A stretch of 64,000 bases of DNA from Octopus sinensis (lineage: Eukaryota): contig NC_043010.1 in NCBI RefSeq assembly GCF_006345805.1, positions 29,388,001-29,452,000 on the forward strand. Direction: 5' to 3'. The notes under the pieces were generated by a model. It saw only the letters and a list, made by a program, of their open reading frames with translations, made no database searches and was not told where the DNA came from. Below, piece by piece: positions 54,633 through 64,000 of this stretch. Position 1 is the first letter of the stretch. Every line of letters begins with the position of its first letter. The translations under genes were made by a program, and so were the position numbers.

Positions 54633-55107
54633 GGACGCTACTTGCAAACTCTTGGTTTATTATAAACCGCTTTTGTCGTGTGCACCAAAAAAACCTTTTC
54701 CATTTGTTTGTTCAGTCTGGTAACTTTTGACTTTTTCGTTGTCGTCACTCACATTGCTGCCCGCTTTTTTGCCGTTTTTGTACATTTTTATATATTTTGG
54801 GATACTTACCCCACGTGTTCCGAGAGTTAAAAAGGTCGAGTTGCGTCCCCTAGACAGTCTGTAGAAAATGTGTTGCATATAAAAAGCTTAGATTCTCGAC
54901 CCCATGTCGAATTTATCGATTTGTTTTCAGAACTGGGGGAACTTTTCAAAATTTTCGCTGCGTTAGTTTTGAATTATGACATTGGGCTATGTGTGTGTCA
55001 AGTTTCATCAGAATCGGTTGAAAGCCGTGGTCAGAGTGAGGGTACAACCTGACAGACACACAGACACACAGACAGACAAACTGCCGTTTATATATAGAGA
55101 GATTATA
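54633..55107 (+). mobile_element. Putative non-autonomous Helitron/Helentron (DINE-1/HINE-like) fragment
   Basis: 3' signature 'aagtttcatcagaatcggttgaaa...(gaca)n...tttatatatagag' resembles such elements; it truncates the PLE 3' UTR. Confidence 0.45.
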
Positions 55108-55358
55108 GCATAAAAAAACATCGTGTGTTACCACAAAATAAAATGTCACACCACAACATAGAGAATCAGTCCATTAAGCGCGTCACCTAACATGATCAGC
55201 TGTATGATATTCCTCAATACAAAATACAAGTACAACCGGCTGTCAAATTTTCCATTTTCTGGGTAAAGGAGCCGTTTATGCGATATTTCGATGTCAAATT
55301 CATTGAAAGAATGCGAAATGATACATACATACATACATACATACATACATACATACAT

Positions 55359-55415
<57 letters not shown>

Positions 55416-55564
55416 TAGACAGACAGACAGATAGACAGACATATATTTGTCTTTACGTTCTAAGTTCAAACTTTGCCTTTCATTCTTTCGGGGTGAAACT
55501 CTGGGGTCGATATAATCGACTAGTCTCTTCCCCGAAAATTTCAGGATTTTTGCCTATAGTAGGA

Positions 55565-56781
55565 TTATCATTATTATTAATATTAAATGTCATTATCATT
55601 ATTAATTATTATTATTAATTATTAGTTATTAATAATAAATTATTATTATTATTAATTATGATTATTAATTATTATTATTAATTATTATAATTAATTATTA
55701 TTATTAATTATTATCATTATTGTTATTCTTATAACAATAATAAATTATTATTAATTATTGTTATTAATTATTAATTATTATTATTATAATTATTAATATT
55801 ATTTATTATTTATTATTAATTATTGTTTATTATTTATTATTATTCATTATTTTTCATTATTAATCACTTATTATTATTAATAATAATAATTATTAGTTAT
55901 TATTATTTATTAATTATTGTTTATTTATTATTATTCATTATTTTTCATTATTAATTACTTATTATTATTAATAATTTTTATTATTAATTATTATTATCAT
56001 TAATTATTATTATTATTTATTATTATCATTGTTTATTATCATTATTATTATTTATTATTATTATTATTATTTATTATTTTTATTATTAATTGATATTATC
56101 AAATATTATTAATTGATATCAATTTTTTATTAATTATTGTTGATAATAAATTATTGTTATAAATTATTAATTATTATTAGTAATTATTATTAGTAATTAT
56201 TATTATTATTATTGATTATTATTGTTATTAATTATTGTTGTTATTAGTTATTATTGTTATTAATTATTATTATTATTAATTATTATTATTATTATTATTA
56301 TTATTAATATGATAATTATTAATTATTATTACTAATTATTATTATTAATTATCATTATTATTGATTTTTATTATTATTAATTATTATTATTACTATTAAT
56401 TATCAATTATTAAAGATTAAAAACTAATTATTAATTATAATTATTAATTATTATTAACATTATTATTTATTATTATTGATTATTATCATTAATTATCATA
56501 ATTCATTATTATTATTAATTATTATGAATAATAATTATTATTAATTATTATTGCTATCAATTATTATTATTAATTATTATTATTATTAATTATTATCAGT
56601 ATTAATTATTATTATTATTATTTATTATTATTATTTATTGTTATTCATTATTATTATGATTATTTATAATTATTATTATCATTAATAATTATTTATTATT
56701 ATTATAATTATTTATTATTATTATTATTAATAATAATTACTTATTATTTATTATTTATTATTAATTATTATAATTATTGTG

Positions 56782-56814
<33 letters not shown>

Positions 56815-56901
56815 ATTATTATTATTATTTATTGTAATTATTATTATTATTATTATTATTATTATTTTTCATTACTAATATTATTATTATTATTATTATT
56901 A

Positions 56902-56942
<41 letters not shown>

Positions 56943-56986
56943 TTATTATTATTATTATTATTATTGTTTAATATTGTTATTTGTTA

Positions 56987-57037
<51 letters not shown>

Positions 57038-57308
57038 TATTATCAATATTTATTATTATTATTTATTATTAATATTTGATATTATTATTCGTTATTATTA
57101 TTTGTTATTATTATTTGTTTTACTATTTGTTATAATTTGTTATTATTATTTGTTATTATTTATTATTAATATTTATTATTATTATTTATTATTATTATTT
57201 ATTATTTTTGTCATATATTACTATTCATTATTGTTATTAATAATAATATTAATATTATTAATATAATTATTATTGTTATTATTCTTATCTATATTATTAT
57301 TATCATTA

Positions 57309-57386
<78 letters not shown>

Positions 57387-57426
57387 CATCATTATTATTA
57401 TTTTATTATTATTATATTATTATTAC

Positions 57427-57466
<40 letters not shown>

Positions 57467-57498
57467 TTTTTTTTTATTTTTTATTATTATTATTATTG
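55565..57498 (+). repeat. ~1.9-kb degenerate (ATT)n array
   Basis: Direct reading; it follows a SINE tail at ~55445-55562. Confidence 0.95.
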
Positions 57499-57499
57499 T

Positions 57500-57710
57500 T
57501 AGGCGAAGTGGCAGACTCGTTAGCAAGCAGGGCAAAATACTTATCAGCATTTCATCTGTCTCCACGTTCTGAGTTCAAATTTTACCGAAGTTGTCTTCGA
57601 CTTTTAATCTTTTGAGGTCGATAAAATGAGTACCAGATGAGTACTGGGGTCGATATAATCGACTTTCTTCTTCCCCCAAAACTGCTAGCCTTGTACCAAA
57701 ATTTGAAACT
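57500..57710 (+). mobile_element. CORE-type tRNA-derived SINE; a related copy lies at 58155-58368 (minus)
   Basis: 'ggcagactcgttagc...gttctgagttcaaat...ggtcgataaaatgagtaccag...tggggtcgat'. Confidence 0.7.
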
Positions 57711-57884
57711 ATTTGAAACGAACAAGCAGATTATTATATTGATAATAATAATTTATTATCTATATAATAATCTGATTGTTAATTCGTTAGAGAGGTGAAG
57801 ATAGAGTGAGTGAGAGGTGGAGTAAGAATGAGGGAGAGACGGGGAAGAGTAAAGAAAGAAGATAGAAAGAAGCAGAGTGATACT

Positions 57885-58140
57885 CTTGGAATGGAATACT
57901 CCGAGCACTGTCAATATTTTCCTTGTCTTCGTATCCATGCTCATCAGTTCTTTCTTTTGTCAGTTTAAGATTCCAGCTCCATATCGAAGTGATGCAATCG
58001 CCAATGAATTTACTGCTTGGATTTTATTCCATCCAGTTAATTTTGAGCGCAACACCAACCTTAGTCTTCGAAAATATTTTTTCTTCAATTGTCCTTTCAT
58101 TTCCTTCTCCGCGATTTCGTTGCCAATGTATTTATAGCAT
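57885..58140 (-). mobile_element. Fragment of an R2/R4-like LINE RT (thumb region)
   Basis: 'KKYFRRLRLVLRSKLTGWNKIQAVNSLAIASLRYGAGILNW...MDTKTRKIL..GVFH'. Confidence 0.8.
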
Positions 58141-58574
58141 TCCTTTTTAACCTATTTCTTTACTACCCACAAGGGGTTAAACACAGAGCGGACAAACAAA
58201 CGGATTAAGTCGATTATATGGACCCCAGTGTGTAACTGGTACTTATTTAACCGACCCCGAAATGATGAAAGGCAATTCGACCTCGGCGGAATTTAAACTC
58301 AGAACGTAGCGGCAGACGAAATACCGTTTAGCATTATCACCTGGCGTATTAACGTTTCTGCCAGCTCGCATTCCTTTTTAACCTGTTTAATCATTTCTCC
58401 ATTAGGTAATTCTATCCCTGCCTGGGACTGTACCTTAACCACACTTCTTAAGTCCTAATTTCATTTTAATATCAGCACTGAAACAGTGGATCATGTTCAG
58501 TGCCAGATTTAGGATAAATGAGACCCTGTCCTACTTAAGTTATGAGGCGGTTAGCTTTGAAAAGGGCTATTTGA

Positions 58575-58890
58575 TTACCCACTGAACTGGGTGAACTGAG
58601 CCGTGATGTCCTTCTCCCAACTCCACTTCCCAACTGGCGGAAACGCGTGGGCGGGCAGCTGAAGACCTGGGCTACGACGATCAATGAGGACCTCTCCGTG
58701 CTCACGGGTCCGCAGGTGGTCGGCCTGCGCCGATGAAACCGTGACTGGCTCGCTATCTCCAGTGAACTGGCACAGGACCGTCGTGCGTGGGCTGCCATGG
58801 TTCGAGATGTCTCGAGGGTGCTAGAAGAAGCCGACTCAACCCGCCCAGGGTGAATGTCGCCACAAGTACAAGTACAAGTACAAGTAAGTA
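58575..58890 (+). mobile_element. 3' end of an RTE-clade LINE with a (CAAGTA)n tail
   Basis: 'WRKRVGGQLKTW...DWL...LAQDRRAWAAMV' followed by a tandem tail at 58863-58890. Confidence 0.8.
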
Positions 58891-58899
58891 CTATTTGAT

Positions 58900-60170
58900 T
58901 AGAATCGACAGGGTTTAGTGATAGAGAATTTAGAGTAGAAAGTAAGCGAGTTAGTAATCTAGAAGAGGCGTCTAGAAAAGGCATTGTGACTGACGTGCTA
59001 GCGACGAGAGTAGCTCTTGACCGATTCTTCAATGCTAAGCGTAAAAATTGCATCGTCTGAGCTAGGGCGAGTGTTGAAAAATATAAATAAATGAAAGCCG
59101 TTCGATGGGCCAGAGTGGAAGCGGCACAAATCAGCAACAAAACAGTCGATTCCAAGCAGATGTGTGCGGTTCTTCAGTGGCACATCACTCAACTGTTTGG
59201 GATGGATGGTGGACTGGATTCAAGGGTAGACTTTGCCGTCAACTTCGACATACTGTCACGAATCTCGACTAGGAATACTGAATTGTGCGAAATGATGATA
59301 ACAGCTGACGAAATACAGGAAGTAATGACAGGCTGCATGATGGAGAAATCACCGAGGCTGCATGGTATGCCATACGAGCTATACTGCCATATACCAGACT
59401 TCTTCGGGCTCCTTTTATCCCGAGCAAGGGAGATAATTTTAACAACTTCTTGCCCATAACTCTGTTAAGTGCAGAGTTGAAAATTTTGGCTAGCTTGTTA
59501 GCTAAGAGATTGGTGTATGTTGTCAATACAGTGTGTGAGGCAGAGACACGTGCCATACGAAACAGATCTACCCACAACAATCCCCAGCTCACGTGAGTCG
59601 GCATTACTGAGGTCTTAGTAAATTTAGATCAGTCGGAAGATTTCGTCAGTAATTGGTGGCTGTCCCCAAGCAGCTGTCCTCAAGACGGCTGATTTCGGTC
59701 CCGTCTTCAGAAGCTGAATCGCTACAATATACAGTGACATTTGCTCGGTGGTCAGAGCAAATAGCTACCTGTCGGAATCTTCGGTATCATGCGATCGTTC
59801 GTCAAGGATGCCTCCTCTTCTGTCTCTTTACGTAGTGACTCTAGAACCACAAGTGCAGAAGCTGGAACTTTTGGGACGCATCTTGCAGAAATTAGGATGT
59901 GGAAGATCCGGCTTTGCATATTCGGATGAAGCCACTGTATTAATGTCAGATACCAAACACATCAAGGTGATCGGCACTACTCTAAGCGAATAAGAGGCTG
60001 TGAGAGGAGCAAAAACTAACCGGAAGTCGTTGAATCTGCAGCTCACCATTTAGAGAAGCAGATCCAAACTGTCCAACAGTGTCATTGGTCGCTGGACAGA
60101 CAGAGGGATTGGTTAACCTGCTCGGGGTTGGGTTTGGTTTGGTTCTGACTTCCCGGACCAGATGCAAAGC
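58900..60170 (+). mobile_element. Degenerate Tx1/L1-like LINE RT fragment
   Basis: 'KSPRLHGMPYELY', 'PITLLSAELKILA..LAKRL', 'VRQGCLL', 'AYSDEATV'. Confidence 0.72.
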
Positions 60171-60594
60171 ATGAGGCAAGAAACTAGATGCAGAGCATGA
60201 GGCAAGAATGCAAGGAAGTTATGCGGACAGGACCTCTCATAATGAGGGAAGGTTTCTTCGTACGACGTGGCTGTGACTTACCTATAGTAGTGTTCTTTAG
60301 CTGTGGATAATTATTTCGATCACAAATGGTAGAGTATTTCTCATCTTCACAACAATCATCTAATAGTGAATCTGCGAGTTCATCATCATCATCTAGGTAC
60401 AAGAAAGATGGACAAAAACACAACCGTAAGTTTGGTTAATAATCTATGAAATAGTAAAACCCGGAAAATTCATATATATGCCTCAGTGTATGTGTGTGTG
60501 TATGTACGCGCGCGTGTCTGTGTGTCATACACACACATACATACATGCATGCATATATATATACACACACACACACACCACACACACACACACA

Positions 60595-60633
<39 letters not shown>

Positions 60634-60634
60634 G

Positions 60635-60690
<56 letters not shown>

Positions 60691-60839
60691 ATAATATACC
60701 AGGGATACTGAAAAGTTCCTGGCTGTGGGTAAAAGAAAATCAGGAGGATAAGTTAATTATGATTTTATTCAACATACTTCCCTCTCAGATTCACACTATA
60801 ATTGCAATGGTCTCTCTTAGGATCTGTTCAAAACACAGG

Positions 60840-62830
60840 TTTACAATTCTGAGACCTCAAGAATATCGAAACTAGTTTGATGACAATGGTGCTGAAATCA
60901 CCAGGTCCATTGAGAACAAATACCTTGTTGCAGAGGGCCCAGTGCGGATCATTTTTGAGAAAGCCTTCAAAGAGGTAAAATCTAAGCTGAAACGCATAAG
61001 ATGAAGAATACCTGACGATGTGAATTTCAGCGGAAATGAGGAGAGCTTATCATTGCAAAGACTTGAAAGCATCATACAACACAAAAAGTCAAGTTTTGTC
61101 ACACAGTCCTCAAAATCGACAACAATGAAGTCAATAGATGGTCGCAACCTCATTAAAGACCGAACATGAATCATAAAAACAATAGACTGAATACTTCAAA
61201 GGTTTGTTTAATTACTCATCAGTAATTGAGGAAATTATTAATGGAATATCGCAAAAGAAGGTTATAAGAGAGATGGTGAATAATTCCACTATTGATGTGA
61301 CAGGGACTACTACCACAGCGATAAACAGAGGAAAAGCTCCGGGTCTGGACGAAATACCTGTTGAACTGAATCGCTCTGGAGGAGAAAATATCGGTATGGC
61401 CATGTATAAACACGCTTGAAATGTTAGGAAAAGTCCTGCCCAAGGTTTTGTTGAATCAACGAACAAGATGAATCTGTCCTGAGACCCAGTATAGGTTCAA
61501 GGCAAAACGAAGTAGAATAGACATGATTTTCCATCAGTCAGCTTATGGAGAATTGCACTGTGCAACGTGTTCCACTCTATCAGGTACTTGTGGATTTTAC
61601 CAAGCCTTCGATACTGTTAATTGTAGTGCATTGTGGGTCATATTGGGGAAGCTTGGATGCCTTCCAGAATTTGTAGGGATACTTGAGGAGGTTCATCATA
61701 ACCTGAAGACAAAAGTGAACCTGAATGGAACGCTTTCAGAACCAATTTCAGTGGGAAAACGATGTCAAACAAAGTGACCTGTTAGTACCCACTCTGTTAC
61801 TCATATACTTTGCCTTGATACTAATACATGGTTTCAGAACTACGAAATCAGTGGTTACGTACGATTTAGGGACTCTGGCAAAGTCCCCAATTTAACACGT
61901 TTCAACAACAAGTCAAAAAACATTTTACGCTCTTGTCAGAGAGCGCCTTTATCTTGTGGATCACACAGTAGAAGACATGCAGATGATAATGGACACCTCC
62001 GATACATGCACTGCATTTGGGCTCAATATTAGCATGCAGAAGACAAAGGTCATGTATACTTCAACAGTTGGCAAGCATATGTGGTTCCTGGCATCATCGT
62101 GGGAGGGAAAAGGCTTGAAGTAGTGGACAGCTTTGAGTGTCTTGGAAGTACGCTGAGTAGAGCTGGCACCCATGATACCGAAATAAATCACAAGATTATG
62201 AAAGCGTGTTGCTCATAGGAAATTCAAGCGAGTCTAGTCAGATCAAAATATCATATGAAACATAAAGCTCTCTGCGTATGAAGCCTGTGTTCTTACAGCC
62301 CCGTTATATGGGTGCGAAATGTAGACAACGTACAGGCAACATAAAGCAGGTGGAGAGGTTTCATCAGAATTGTATCCGGCGCATCATGAACACCAAGTGA
62401 TCCTCTTATACACCTGATGCTGCTGCATTTGAGAAAGTGAGCAGCACCAGTATTGCGGTAAGAATAATTTCGAACTAAATGCTTTGGGTAGATCATGAAA
62501 GATTTTTATGGGAAGATGAAAGATTTTTATTGGAAGCTGACCAGAGGGAAAAAGCCGCAACATAAACCAATGTAGCGATTTAAGGAGGTTATAAAGAGCA
62601 GTCTTAAAGCTTTTAGGCATTGGCTGAAAACCGTGCATCATGGAGAAAGATTGCTAAGAATATATGTGATGTCTATGATTCAAAACGAGTGGAGCATGCT
62701 GCTCTGAACCGTCCCCTCTGTAATCAAAACTCAAGTACAATACCTGCAGAATTCTATCTGAAATTGAAAGGCAATGTATGTGGGCGATTTCTTATTTAAG
62801 AGCTAAATTAACCAACCACCTAAACTCACA
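60840..62830 (+). mobile_element. Degenerate RTE (BovB-like) LINE
   Basis: 'GKAPGLDEIPVEL..GG', 'AFDTVN..LW.IL.KLGC..FV', 'FGLNISMQKTKVM', 'LYGCE'. Confidence 0.85.
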
Positions 62831-62958
62831 TGAACCGGAGAGAAATCAAGCAGCTTGTGAGATGAGTTTCACAACCACGTCCTCTGCGGCACATATTTAA
62901 TGCAAGCTTCAATGAAGGTGTGATACTCTTCTGACAAGACCGATCAACATACACCCAC

Positions 62959-63017
<59 letters not shown>

Positions 63018-64000
63018 GTGAGAGAGAGAGAGAGAGAGAAAGAGAGTGTGTGTGAGTACGCGAGCGTGTGTACATACGAATGTGTGTGTGTGTGTGTGTG
63101 TGTGTGTTCATTGCCTAATAATCTGCATACTTTCTTATTTCAAGTATAGAAAGAGGACCAGGTGTTCTTCTTATGATTTCCTAGTAATGAGAGTATTTTA
63201 TATTCGCTGGGCTGAAATTAAAGCTGTGCTTAGCTAGTCAAGTTGCATTACTTAAATGGGGTTTTTTTTCTGAACCTGTGTTGTAGTGGTTTTTAAGGAA
63301 TTAAAAGCAAATTCTATGCAATACCTGGCATTTGCTAATGTAATGATACCGTATCTCTTAGATACCGTTGCGTACTAAGCAAGTAGAAGTCGTTCTACTG
63401 TTATTTAAGACAATCTTTTGTGAAACTGAATCGTGTTCCTATGGGCTCACAATTTTATGATTTATCATTTTGCTTCTACCTTATTACAAATGCTATTATT
63501 ACTACTTACGTTGAATTCCTGTTGAGTACCTATTTTAGATTACTTATTAGATTTCCTTTATGGGTTGATTGTAGAGTTTGAATTCGTGTGCATTAGGTTC
63601 TTATTATTATTGAGTGAGAGAGCAGCGCATGCTATCAAAGTAACACTGGGGTACAAATATGCGATGCCCAATATACCCACCATGACTACCCGTCTGATAA
63701 GGGTACATCAGACAAATGCATCACAATCATATGTGCGTGACATGGTAATCTCATATAAAGATAAACAGTGTAAGACTTCACAGGTGGGGCCCAGATAGAA
63801 TTTTCTTCAGGTCAAAAGGTCCCTGAATAAGGGTTGTTTAAGGATGTTGAACGAAACACTCATGTTTCCAGAGGTTAATTATTCAAATCCGAAGAATTTC
63901 TCTCATACATGGCTTTGATGCTCTCCCACTACTTCTGTACGTGATCAGAGATGCACATATTGTCAGCCACTAAGTGACATGCTCAACTGGTTAAAGTCAA

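Noticed and set aside
55182-55310. Possible first (signal-peptide) exon of the mucin-like gene
   Set aside because: A phase-1 join would give a hydrophobic stretch, but the donor (gtgacg) is weak and there is no convincing in-frame ATG
58535-59155. 206-aa minus-strand ORF
   Set aside because: Antisense shadow spanning two unrelated plus-strand LINE fragments
60697-60815. Mariner-like terminus after (TA)n
   Set aside because: No partner TIR or transposase was found, so it is too short to call
63590-64000. Repeat-like sequence partly similar to 49430-49520
   Set aside because: Probably a dispersed repeat, but I could not classify it and it is cut by the window edge

Overview
A repeat-dominated animal genomic window, very probably from an octopus (inferred from the SINE families and the extreme (TA)n/(CA)n/(TACA)n/(AAT)n content). 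Almost all ORFs in the supplied track are microsatellite artefacts. Supported content includes several Penelope-like retroelements (PLEs; RT plus GIY-YIG) with inverted pseudo-LTRs, a full-length but frameshifted mariner, an internally deleted mariner and an 8-bp-TSD MITE. There are also RLE-type (R2/R4-like), RTE, Tx1/L1 and CR1-like LINE fragments and many tRNA-derived SINEs. Two minus-strand host genes can be partly rebuilt from splice sites and phases, one a likely lectin-like/mucin single-pass membrane protein. The most striking signal is about 15 hammerhead-ribozyme (HHR) motifs from at least 7 sequence families. Many sit as opposed pairs in fold-back palindromes (230 bp to 4.2 kb) or as tandem, retrozyme-like units inside (TA)n tracts. 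All folds and alignments were made by eye, and no ribozyme activity has been shown.
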